A stretch of 64,000 bases of DNA. Source: a virus. The notes below the pieces were generated by a model. It saw nothing but the letters and a program-made list of their open reading frames with translations. It was not told where the DNA came from and did no database searches. A program made the position numbers and the translations under genes. Positions 29,232 to 37,111 of this stretch are shown one piece after another. Position 1 is the first letter of the stretch. Each line of letters begins with the position of its first letter. The DNA is taken from IMG/VR virus record IMGVR_UViG_3300031977_001585, positions 14,535-78,534 of that record; one strand, written 5' to 3'.

Positions 29232-29398
29232 TGGGGAAAGGAGAAACAGTGAACCCCGAAGGTTCCTAGTCGAGAGACTCCTGATCTCCTCAAAACTGAG
29301 GGGAGAAACAGTGAACCGTAGTTCCTATTCCGACTCCAGATGTCCCTGGGGGACAAGCAGTGGACCGAAGTCCCTAGTCGTGAGTCCAGATCTCCCCA
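29232..29398 (-). ncRNA. Putative structured non-coding RNA of three tandem modules
   Basis: Three copies of A-UC(U/A)GG-N9..12-AG-GRAC(UNCG)GUYC-ACUG-YU with compensatory changes, starting right after a sigma70 promoter. Confidence 0.65.
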
Positions 29399-29411
29399 AC
29401 TCACAATACAC

Positions 29412-29448
29412 ATTGTACCTGTTTTGGAAACAAAGTCAACACTTTTTT
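29412..29448 (-). promoter_or_regulatory. Sigma70-type early promoter driving the structured RNA
   Basis: AAAAAAGTGTTGACT-N16-TACAAT. Confidence 0.8.
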
Positions 29449-29462
29449 GACTATTTCTTAGA

Positions 29463-30080
29463 CTATTTTGTTATATCAAAATTACTTTTTATAGGAGCAC
29501 GTTCGACTGCCTTCAACCATGCCACGGGTTCTTTGATCACTGGTCGAGTGTACTTCAGTTTATGCTTTCGGAACGATTCCTTTAGACCCTTTGCTTCCGC
29601 CTGACCTAGGAACCGTGACACCAGTTTGAGCAGTGCCCAACGGAACCGATAGTCGTGACGATTGAATCCTGCAGCATGTGCCAGTTCATGTAGGATCACG
29701 TACTTGTTGGTTCCCGACTGACTGTCGAGTTTGATCATATTACCATAGCAGAGACCTGCCCATGACCTCGACTTGAATTCATAGAGATTGACTTTCTTGT
29801 ATGCCTTGCGAACACGTCGCATGTCCATATCGTCGTTAGCAAACTGCTCCCACAGTTTAGACTTGAGCACTCGTTTCACAAACTTCTCGCAGTCTTTGAA
29901 CTCCATCCTCTCTCGCACGTGGGGAAAGTTCTGCTCGAAGTCCCACTCTGCATTGTAGGTCTTTTGACGTTGAGAGTCACGGGTTGGTAGTCGAGACTTG
30001 CGGCGGACATAGTCGTCGTAGTCCCATGCTTGGGTCTTGGTCAGACCCGCAGAAATTGCTTTGCGATATGCTACTGTCAT
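29463..30080 (-). CDS. HExxH metallopeptidase-like protein (SprT-like)
   Basis: RDSQRQKTYNAE, VILHELAH....H...F. Confidence 0.7.
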   Translation of the reverse strand: MTVAYRKAISAGLTKTQAWDYDDYVRRKSRLPTRDSQRQKTYNAEWDFEQNFPHVRERMEFKDCEKFVKRVLKSKLWEQFANDDMDMRRVRKAYKKVNLYEFKSRSWAGLCYGNMIKLDSQSGTNKYVILHELAHAAGFNRHDYRFRWALLKLVSRFLGQAEAKGLKESFRKHKLKYTRPVIKEPVAWLKAVERAPIKSNFDITK

Positions 30081-30412
30081 GCCTTCTTCTTTCTCACCGT
30101 CTTCTTAACCGGAGTCTTCTTGACAACTGCCTTCTTCTTGGCAACTGCTTTCTTCTTGGTAGGTGCCTTTCTTTTGGTGGGTGCCTTCTTCTTGGGGGGT
30201 TCCCAAGTCTTTGCGAGGAACTCCTCAACGGACAACCCACACTCACGAAGTGCTTTGTGAAATCTCTTTACGTCCGACATCTCCCATGAGTTGTTAATGA
30301 ACGATCCAAAGTGGTCTGCTACTTTATCACCCAACTGAATGTTTTCTTCAGTCTCTTTATCGAAGATGTAGCGCACCTTCTTGGTGAAGTTTAACTTGAC
30401 GATTTTAGACAT
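30077..30412 (-). CDS. Protein with histone H1-like Lys/Ala-rich C-terminal tail
   Basis: KKKAPTKRKAPTKKKAVAKKKAVVKKTPVKKTVRKKKA. Confidence 0.7.
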   Translation of the reverse strand: MSKIVKLNFTKKVRYIFDKETEENIQLGDKVADHFGSFINNSWEMSDVKRFHKALRECGLSVEEFLAKTWEPPKKKAPTKRKAPTKKKAVAKKKAVVKKTPVKKTVRKKKA

Positions 30413-30420
30413 AGGACTCC

Positions 30421-30633
30421 TTACGCAATACCGTGAATGATACCGATTCGTTTCTGTTTATTGACGACAACCGTCACAGTCGAACCGACAGGACGTTCGG
30501 GTTCACCTTCGTAATCAAGGTAGGTGAGTTCCTCGAACACTCGTTTACCGTACTTAGTGAACTCGACCAAGTAGGTACGCCAGACATGTCGACGCAAGTA
30601 CTTTTCAAAGTCTTTCAGGGGCATTATGCACAC
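30421..30633 (-). CDS. Hypothetical protein
   Basis: ORF in early operon; the likely start is MPLKDF near 30624. Confidence 0.55.
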   Translation of the reverse strand: MCIMPLKDFEKYLRRHVWRTYLVEFTKYGKRVFEELTYLDYEGEPERPVGSTVTVVVNKQKRIGIIHGIA

Positions 30634-30875
30634 TCCTCTATAATTGGTTTGGCAATCAAGTAAACACCGACTGCACTAGGGACATCACCGAAGTAGTACT
30701 CACTGGTGAGCAGTCTCCACTTGGCAAGGTACTTGACCTCAGAATCATCTGCACTGTCGATTGGTGGGAACCAAACTGCAACCTGTTCACCACGGTCACC
30801 AATGACCTCACCAAGACGTGTTGGATGCATCGCACCCGAATTGATCTGAACTACACGACCTTTCAAATTCTCCAT
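30624..30875 (-). CDS. Hypothetical protein
   Basis: ATG (MENLKG) with GAGGAG SD behind a promoter. Confidence 0.6.
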   Translation of the reverse strand: MENLKGRVVQINSGAMHPTRLGEVIGDRGEQVAVWFPPIDSADDSEVKYLAKWRLLTSEYYFGDVPSAVGVYLIAKPIIEECA

Positions 30876-30903
30876 AACAACTCTCCTCTCATTCAATACA
30901 AAC

Positions 30904-30932
30904 ATTATCGCACATGTTTCAAAAAAAGGCAA
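30904..30932 (-). promoter_or_regulatory. Sigma70-type early promoter (variant)
   Basis: TTGCCT-N17-GATAAT. Confidence 0.55.
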
Positions 30933-30952
30933 GAACTATTTTTGTTAATTTG

Positions 30953-32038
30953 TCACAATCCGACATATTCGTGCGAGAAGCAATCCCTAGCTGCGTGTCT
31001 CAGCATGAGATCCTCACTGAATCCTCCGAACCCGATCCCCTGCTCGATTCTCTTAATGTAGTCATTGCGACCACCGATCTTGTTCTTTGATGTTGCTCTC
31101 CACTTAGGGGATGCCTCTCGATACGCACCTAACTTAGGATGGGCAACCTTACTGAAGTATCTCTTGCCCTGAGACAGAAGGATCTCACCAATCGACTCTG
31201 ACAGTCTCACTCCAACACCCAAACCTTGGAAGTCTGGAAGAACCACTGTCCGGTGCTCTCTCCAAGCACGTTTGAGTGACCCACTGGGCATCGAGATTAC
31301 ACTAGAAAATCCGATAGGTCTGCCGTTCCAGATTGCGATCCAGCAGTGTGCACCTGAATTAATGTCTCCCGTGAGATAGTGATGTTCACGGAACATTGAC
31401 CACGCCTCGACCCCGCAAGGTAAGACTTCCACCTCGATGTCAGGTCGCCGAAGTAACCTCCGATCTTCACAGGTCTTCGTATCAGTGTCGAAGATCCAAT
31501 CGGGTTCCAACCATTCGATGATGTCATAGTGACACGATGCGAATACAAGGTTCTTAAGTCCTTTCCGTTTTACGTATTTGTTGATCGCAACCGAACAGGA
31601 TCGAGCAACGTTACGATCGACCACTGAGGTGTACTCATCGATCACTGCACCATCACCCAACTGACGTGCGAGGTCTGCTCGAAACTTCTCACCATTGGAT
31701 AGCACGTGATAGGGTTTCAACCAAGACGGAATCGAGTTGAACCCAACTGCAGAGAGACGGTCTTCTGCATCTTCTGCATCCTCGAAGTGAGAGCAGACTG
31801 CCTTGTCCGGATTCCATTCCCCTGGGGACTCAGTTCCGAACTCACTCAACAGGATAGACTTACCCGTACCCGACGGTCCTACAATAAGACCAATGCCCCA
31901 CTCATCTCCGATCGTTGATACACGATCTATGGTGGGGATCTCGATGGGTTCGAAGGTAGACACCCCCGTGAACTCGTAATCGAATGCTCGACTGATTTCG
32001 TCGGTGATGCTGTCTGTCTGTACTTGAGATGTTTTCAT
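30953..32038 (-). CDS. ABC-type ATPase fused to a GNAT acetyltransferase
   Basis: Walker A GPSGTGKS, signature LSNGEKFR, Walker B IDEYTSVVDR, SCHYD, then GNAT motif RTVVLPDFQGLGVG. Confidence 0.85.
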   Translation of the reverse strand: MKTSQVQTDSITDEISRAFDYEFTGVSTFEPIEIPTIDRVSTIGDEWGIGLIVGPSGTGKSILLSEFGTESPGEWNPDKAVCSHFEDAEDAEDRLSAVGFNSIPSWLKPYHVLSNGEKFRADLARQLGDGAVIDEYTSVVDRNVARSCSVAINKYVKRKGLKNLVFASCHYDIIEWLEPDWIFDTDTKTCEDRRLLRRPDIEVEVLPCGVEAWSMFREHHYLTGDINSGAHCWIAIWNGRPIGFSSVISMPSGSLKRAWREHRTVVLPDFQGLGVGVRLSESIGEILLSQGKRYFSKVAHPKLGAYREASPKWRATSKNKIGGRNDYIKRIEQGIGFGGFSEDLMLRHAARDCFSHEYVGL

Positions 32039-32107
32039 AATAAAAATAGGGGAGCAGTCCACATACCTGTCAGTCGGAATCTTCGCAAGACCGACTCCCC
32101 TCTTAAC

Positions 32108-32569
32108 CTATCGTTGCTCTACAAGACCAATGCCGTCACAAAAGTAACAGTCTTCTTCATCGACATAACCGTAACCTGAACACTCTGGGCACGTCTCATC
32201 GAGATCCTCATCTGAGTAGTCGAGCATGTCTTCGGTGTTCTCCATCGTCATCAACTGGGGATTGAAGGTGACCATCTTGGTGGTCATCTCGACGATGCGA
32301 TCGATCGAGTAGTGAAACAGATCGTTCTCGTACTTACCCTGATAAAGTCGACCAGTAGTGAAGGGTAGGACGTACTCGAACAGCTGTGCGTCGATGGCAC
32401 CTTTGTCACGTAGGAACTTCAGGGCACCGGATGTGTTGTTGCCCATCCCGTTATTGTAGAAGTCATACCGCAGTCGACCTGCAGCACGGATCATTTCACC
32501 TGCAACTGTATCGCACTTACCTTCTCTAGGAACTAACTCTTCCCAGATTCTTTCAAACGTAGCACTCAT
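32108..32569 (-). CDS. Hypothetical protein with C-terminal CxxCxGxG zinc finger
   Basis: LVPREGKCDTVAGE..RA..RL.YDFYNNG; CPECSGYG...CYFCDGIG. Confidence 0.65.
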   Translation of the reverse strand: MSATFERIWEELVPREGKCDTVAGEMIRAAGRLRYDFYNNGMGNNTSGALKFLRDKGAIDAQLFEYVLPFTTGRLYQGKYENDLFHYSIDRIVEMTTKMVTFNPQLMTMENTEDMLDYSDEDLDETCPECSGYGYVDEEDCYFCDGIGLVEQR

Positions 32570-32673
32570 CGGGTTCTCCCTTTCAGTAGAGCATGAATTG
32601 CTTTTGCTTCCTTGCCTTTGATCCGACGATCCTTGTCGATCTGTTTCTGAACTGCTTGCTTGTTATACTTCAT
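32566..32673 (-). CDS. Small basic protein (35 aa)
   Basis: MKYNKQAVQKQIDKDRRIKGKEAKAIHALLKGRTR fills the gap with overlapping start/stop codons. Confidence 0.6.
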   Translation of the reverse strand: MKYNKQAVQKQIDKDRRIKGKEAKAIHALLKGRTR

Positions 32674-32978
32674 TCTACCACAACCTCCACACGGTTGTCA
32701 AATTCACCAGCACCAGCAACCTCGAAGGGGACGTACATGATTCGACCCACACGTTGGATGTCGTGATCGATAGAACCAGTCACAGAGTCCTTGACGAAGA
32801 CGGTGTACCCGTTACACATGTAGACCTTGCGAGGGGCAGTGTAGTGGGGTTTTGCGTAGATCTCACCCTTCTCAAGAACCTCACCAACCAAGTAAGAATC
32901 GGGACGATCGGGCATCGGTTCGAAGTCGTATGCACGGATGATGTCTCCGACGTTAGCAGTGTTTTCAAATTTCAACAT
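32670..32978 (-). CDS. Hypothetical protein
   Basis: AAGGA SD; VGDIIRAYDF motif. Confidence 0.65.
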   Translation of the reverse strand: MLKFENTANVGDIIRAYDFEPMPDRPDSYLVGEVLEKGEIYAKPHYTAPRKVYMCNGYTVFVKDSVTGSIDHDIQRVGRIMYVPFEVAGAGEFDNRVEVVVE

Positions 32979-32987
32979 AATAAATCC

Positions 32988-33119
32988 TTAGTAGACGTAG
33001 GGTTCGACGGGGTGACCAGCTGCAAGATTCATTGCGGCATAGACAAACATCCAGAGAATTGCTTGACCGAAGATCACTTCGGCAATTCGTTGGGGGGTTG
33101 CGGGTTTCAGTTTAATCAT
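32988..33119 (-). CDS. Small membrane protein (43 aa)
   Basis: MIKLKPATPQRIAEVIFGQAILWMFVYAAMNLAAGHPVEPYVY. Confidence 0.5.
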   Translation of the reverse strand: MIKLKPATPQRIAEVIFGQAILWMFVYAAMNLAAGHPVEPYVY

Positions 33120-33288
33120 TGAGAGCAATCTCCATCCTGGGACCAACAAACTCGTTCAGTCGACGTTCAACCTCTTGAAACATCAAAGTGTACTTGCGTC
33201 CTTCAAGTTGACGGATGCGCATCGGGCACACTTCGTACTTGAGTTTCTCATCGTACATCGCAATCTTTTCTTCGTAAGTCATAATCAT
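33112..33288 (-). CDS. Early hypothetical protein (58 aa)
   Basis: GAGGAG SD directly behind a promoter; MIMTYEEKIAMYDEKLK... Confidence 0.6.
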   Translation of the reverse strand: MIMTYEEKIAMYDEKLKYEVCPMRIRQLEGRKYTLMFQEVERRLNEFVGPRMEIALND

Positions 33289-33307
33289 CTCCTCATCAAC
33301 AGTACCT

Positions 33308-33345
33308 ATTATACTGATTTTGAGAACAGAGTCAACCCTTTTTGA
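33308..33345 (-). promoter_or_regulatory. Sigma70-type early promoter
   Basis: TTGACT-N16-TATAAT. Confidence 0.8.
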
Positions 33346-33364
33346 AAACTTTTTTATGGTAATA

Positions 33365-33766
33365 TTACCAAAACATCTCGGTCAACCAGCCTTCGGTGGC
33401 GTATGCCTCGATCTCCCAAGGTTGACTACGGTAAGGGATCATCACGTCTTCAGGGATGTGATTCTTCTTCCATCGAGTCATGTCACCGTTCAACTCTTTG
33501 CGAATGAACTGCTTTGCATGAACCAACTCATGGGCAAGGGTCTGTGCGATCTCACCTGCACTCTGGTTGGTGTTGATCTGGATACCGATCAAGTCGGTGT
33601 CCTCAAGGTGACACAATCCCATCTCTTCGATGGTCTTAGTGAAATGAACCACAACGTCGATCTCTCGTTTGAACGGACGGGGCAATAACTCATTCACCAC
33701 ATTACAGGCAAACTCTTCGTACCGTTTGCGGTTCTTGACTCGACCTTGGAAGTAGATATTGATCAC
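33365..33766 (-). CDS. HExxH metallopeptidase-like protein, paralogue of 27487..27972
   Basis: LAHELVHAKQ and Y..QPWEIEAY. Confidence 0.7.
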   Translation of the reverse strand: MINIYFQGRVKNRKRYEEFACNVVNELLPRPFKREIDVVVHFTKTIEEMGLCHLEDTDLIGIQINTNQSAGEIAQTLAHELVHAKQFIRKELNGDMTRWKKNHIPEDVMIPYRSQPWEIEAYATEGWLTEMFW

Positions 33767-33847
33767 GGGTCACCTCTCTCAAATACAGTAGTATTGTCTC
33801 ACAGACAGGGGGTGGGGTCAAATGAAATTTTGGAATACAATATATTC

Positions 33848-34039
33848 CTATTTTTCATCCTTTAGGTTCTGAGGGTACGAGTTCTGAGGTTTGTACAACT
33901 CGTAGAGTCGTGCGTACATGTCCCGATCAATGGTCATATTGCGCAACTCATACTTCAGGTTATCGACGTATAACCAGAGGGACATGCCTCCAAGTCCAAG
34001 TAAGATCAACCCATAAAATAGTAGTGTTTGATTTTCCAT
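33848..34039 (-). CDS. Small membrane protein
   Basis: N-terminal TM; GAGGAG SD. Confidence 0.6.
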   Translation of the reverse strand: MENQTLLFYGLILLGLGGMSLWLYVDNLKYELRNMTIDRDMYARLYELYKPQNSYPQNLKDEK

Positions 34040-34040
34040 C

Positions 34041-34379
34041 TCATCTCCTCATAGACGCAAGGTCTTTCATCTGTTGTTCGTCGATCACCGGAATGGCATT
34101 CGACTTGTGCATTGTACCGATACCCTTGACTAGGGTACCAGTGTATCTCTTTGGTTCGACTTTGGTGCCGACACCATTGCCAACGGAGAAGTCGTCTCTA
34201 CTTGGGTACTGTGCGAGTTCCTGTCGTCTCTGCTCTGCATAAGAAAGGATGCGCGACGGTTTCGTTGACTCGATTGGACGGAACGGTGGCGGTTGGTACT
34301 TCTCATAAACTTCTCCTTTGGGTTTCACTTTCTTAATCTTACGACCACTCGGGGTATGTCTCATTGAACCGTGGATCAT
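34041..34379 (-). CDS. Conserved T4-like phage hypothetical protein
   Basis: YTGTLVKGIGTMHKSNAIPV motif. Confidence 0.7.
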   Translation of the reverse strand: MIHGSMRHTPSGRKIKKVKPKGEVYEKYQPPPFRPIESTKPSRILSYAEQRRQELAQYPSRDDFSVGNGVGTKVEPKRYTGTLVKGIGTMHKSNAIPVIDEQQMKDLASMRR

Positions 34380-34523
34380 AACTCTTTCTCCATTCGACGC
34401 AATATCTGTTGCATTGCACCCAACTCTGCTGTAAGGAAGTGCAATTTGGTGTTGGGTGTCATGTTATCAACAGGCAGATTCCGGATCTGATCCATCTTCT
34501 CGTTGATCTCTTCCTTAACGATC

Positions 34524-35090
34524 TTAAGCACTTGCTCTTTCACTCTTTACCTCAAACCACTCTGGCACTGGACGGTTAGTCCAAAGCATAGTAAACCGAT
34601 CTTGCTTGGTCTGGTAGAATGCACGGTATGACTTGACAGGGTCAGACATTATGCACTCAGGGTTAGAACCCATTGCAAGTTTGAACGGGGTGCGTTCTAC
34701 CTGGGGGATTGCCGCAGGTGGAGTTTGTAATATATCACGCAGTAGAGTGTCTGTCAAGTGCTTCTTACCATATCGATAAGTATACTCATCACAGAGAGCA
34801 ACAAAGTGCCGGTAGTGCCAGATGTAATTGCAGACGGATTCCATTGTCCAGACGGTACACGGGTGGCCGTGGTGGACTGCTTTGTAGAGTTTGTCCTCTA
34901 GGGTGGGATGATCATAATATTTGATCATGGTCTTGCCAGACTTGGATGGTTTGCGGTATACTTGACCGTCTAGCATTCGATGTGCCGTAGACAGCATTTG
35001 TGCCGACTCGACCACCATCTTTGGTATGTGTTTATCGCATTGCTCTTGCGCAGCTATGACAGGATCTTCGTTCAGTATAAAAATATTCAT
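34524..35090 (-). CDS. Pyrimidine-dimer DNA glycosylase family protein
   Basis: MNIF.L..DP..AA...CDKH..KM.VESAQMLSTAH, H..HPCT.W, EYT.RYGK.H. Confidence 0.8.
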   Translation of the reverse strand: MNIFILNEDPVIAAQEQCDKHIPKMVVESAQMLSTAHRMLDGQVYRKPSKSGKTMIKYYDHPTLEDKLYKAVHHGHPCTVWTMESVCNYIWHYRHFVALCDEYTYRYGKKHLTDTLLRDILQTPPAAIPQVERTPFKLAMGSNPECIMSDPVKSYRAFYQTKQDRFTMLWTNRPVPEWFEVKSERASA

Positions 35091-35117
35091 ATAGTATATC
35101 CCCCATTAGGTTAGAAT

Positions 35118-35146
35118 ATTGTAACAGAAGATTTTTAGTCTGTCAA
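35118..35146 (-). promoter_or_regulatory. Sigma70-type promoter
   Basis: TTGACA-N17-TACAAT. Confidence 0.7.
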
Positions 35147-35158
35147 GCCCCCAACTTG

Positions 35159-35166
35159 TATAAATA
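35159..35166 (+). promoter_or_regulatory. T4-type late promoter; transcript probably leaderless
   Basis: TATAAATA ends 5 nt before the ATG at 35172. Confidence 0.7.
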
Positions 35167-35171
35167 ACCGT

Positions 35172-35426
35172 ATGACTACAGATTTATTTGATTTTGGTTT
35201 CACTGCCGTTGACGAATCGGAACTAGAGGCTGCACAGCAACTGGAGACGGTTACGTCGACTGTGGACGAAACTCAAGATCGACTCGATCGACTGTTCAAT
35301 GCGATTCAACCACTGTTGACCAATCTCAAGTTAAACCCTGAGAAAGAGTACATCCTGTGGCCGAATCGATTGGAGAAGATTGAGGAGTTTGAAGCATATA
35401 TTCAAAACATCTATAAGGGATCCTAA
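35172..35426 (+). CDS. Conserved hypothetical late protein
   Basis: DFGFTAVDESEL..., PLL.NLK.NPEKEYILWPNR. Confidence 0.7.
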   Translation: MTTDLFDFGFTAVDESELEAAQQLETVTSTVDETQDRLDRLFNAIQPLLTNLKLNPEKEYILWPNRLEKIEEFEAYIQNIYKGS

Positions 35427-35429
35427 CCA

Positions 35430-36275
35430 ATGTTTTACAATCCAAAACTAGAATCTATTCAGTCGAATAGTTCCACGCAAAAGTACGTATCCGAAATGAG
35501 CAAGGAAATGCTTGCTGGCAGACTTGAGGGATGCGTCAAGAATGTAACTACCAATCAAGGCAAGTACCTACGCACATGGAACGGTGAAGTTGATGTCGTC
35601 GAAGAGGCAATATCACGTGCACCAATGTTCGCAAACGTATTAAAGTCTCGTGGATACAAGAACATCCTTTTTGTCGGTCACTTTAATGACCACCAGACAT
35701 CGTGGATTCTGGACAAGTTTGCTGGTCGTATGATCGATCTTGTACCAGAAGAACGTGGAGATGCTCAGACATATCCAGATCTAAACGTAGTTGTACAATT
35801 CATTCCAGTAATAATGAAAGAATTCGGATACGAAGATTCGTTTACTGTAGCACGTCCGTCAGAGAGCAAGCACCAAGGTGTTATGCACGAAGTATACTCT
35901 GAATGCGGAGTTCCTGTATCTCCTTGTGGTCCTCAGTACAAGCATGGACATCAATCTTTCGGTATGGAGCACTCCGGTGAACCATTCGATGCGGTTGTCT
36001 TCCTAGGAGTTCCAATGAGTACTCCGGATGTCGGTTTCGAAGAAGATCTAGTACGCAGTGTGTTCGCACCAATGTGTACAGAAGACTTTGAGATGGTTGA
36101 CCTATACTATGGTGCACCATCTTCAGTTAAGTGGCAGAACGGTGAAGAGAAATCTTCCCTACCAGAAGTACAGTCTGCCTTTACTACTCGTGTTTCATGG
36201 GATCATGGATTTGCCCGTCAAGGCGGTTCCCCAGAAGAGTTTGACATTATGGCACGTATGTTTACCGTTTACTAA
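35430..36275 (+). CDS. Hypothetical protein, possibly Rossmann-like
   Basis: 281-aa ORF; KNILFVG and FDAVVFLG strands. Confidence 0.6.
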   Translation: MFYNPKLESIQSNSSTQKYVSEMSKEMLAGRLEGCVKNVTTNQGKYLRTWNGEVDVVEEAISRAPMFANVLKSRGYKNILFVGHFNDHQTSWILDKFAGRMIDLVPEERGDAQTYPDLNVVVQFIPVIMKEFGYEDSFTVARPSESKHQGVMHEVYSECGVPVSPCGPQYKHGHQSFGMEHSGEPFDAVVFLGVPMSTPDVGFEEDLVRSVFAPMCTEDFEMVDLYYGAPSSVKWQNGEEKSSLPEVQSAFTTRVSWDHGFARQGGSPEEFDIMARMFTVY

Positions 36276-36298
36276 CGGTAGGAACTTACCCGACAGTG

Positions 36299-36332
36299 AA
36301 AAAAAGAGGGGGACGCAAGTCCCCTTTCTTTT
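36299..36332. terminator. Bidirectional intrinsic terminator
   Basis: GGGGAC-GCAA-GTCCCC with A and T tracts between convergent genes. Confidence 0.85.
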
Positions 36333-36474
36333 ATATGCAATATAAGATACCACCTAGAACACCACACCATATCAAGACATTTGGATAGTCTATCCAGCAG
36401 TCCTTAAAATCAACGGCAGTGTACCGGATGAAATCTACAGTGTATCTAAGATACTTCGTCACCTTCTGGTTCAT
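36331..36474 (-). CDS. Small membrane protein (47 aa)
   Basis: MNQKVTKYLRYTVDFIRYTAVDFKDCWIDYPNVLIWCGVLGGILYCI. Confidence 0.5.
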   Translation of the reverse strand: MNQKVTKYLRYTVDFIRYTAVDFKDCWIDYPNVLIWCGVLGGILYCI

Positions 36475-37111
36475 TGATTGTCCCCACTTCTATCTTTACA
36501 TTCTTAGGTAAGATTAGTTTTATATCTGAGTGAACGTGATGTATCACGAACTGCGTGTTACTGAACTCTTGAAAAAACTTAGACCAGATCGGTCTCCAGT
36601 TAGATGCCATGCGGTGCACGTTCAAGGCACTGCGATCTGCCTGTAAAAAGTTGTCAGTATAACTGGCAAGGTTCATATCGAACATAGCATCGAATCCGTA
36701 TATGTGAACTTCGGTTGCTCTCATGATACGACAAGCATAGTCAACTGCCATGTGACCGCATGAGTAGTTCGATGCGGCATCTGCCAACTTTTGCCCTGGT
36801 AGTCTTGCGTATGGTGGTACGTGGGTATGAAACCCTTTGATGTTTTGAGAATATTTTAGGTAGAACGTCGGGTTCTTTTCCATCCATCGACGTGGACGTG
36901 TGCCTAGAATCCAATCATAGTGATCTAGTTGAATCTCACCTCGTTCAAGTGCACCCATGATCTTGAAGTCTACCATACAAGACGCAAAGACCTCGTAAGG
37001 TGTCAGAGGGAGAGGGGGCATGTTGCAAACAAGGAGTTCTCCCTTCACACCACGTTCGAAGAGAGGCCAACTGTCACCGTTGCCCAGTATGTGAACTGTT
37101 CTCTGTTTCAT
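36446..37111 (-). CDS. Sialyltransferase/Maf-like (GT29/MptE fold) protein
   Basis: HILGNGDS, CN, SCGHMA, EVHIYGFD pattern. Confidence 0.55.
   Translation of the reverse strand: MKQRTVHILGNGDSWPLFERGVKGELLVCNMPPLPLTPYEVFASCMVDFKIMGALERGEIQLDHYDWILGTRPRRWMEKNPTFYLKYSQNIKGFHTHVPPYARLPGQKLADAASNYSCGHMAVDYACRIMRATEVHIYGFDAMFDMNLASYTDNFLQADRSALNVHRMASNWRPIWSKFFQEFSNTQFVIHHVHSDIKLILPKNVKIEVGTINEPEGDEVS

Noticed and set aside
29232-29398. Mini-CRISPR array or type I-F repeat mimic (GTTCACTG matches the start of the I-F repeat)
   Set aside because: Only 8 nt match. There is no CTGCC/GGCAG stem, no CTAAGAAA handle, no unique spacers of about 32 nt, and no cas genes. It is kept only as a structured RNA.
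29228-29413. 61-aa ORF over the repeat region
   Set aside because: Its start lies at the promoter -10 box, and the repeats conserve pairing rather than frame.
32985-33120. GGTTCGA T-loop-like sequence suggesting a tRNA
   Set aside because: No acceptor, D or anticodon stems; the region encodes a small membrane ORF on the minus strand.
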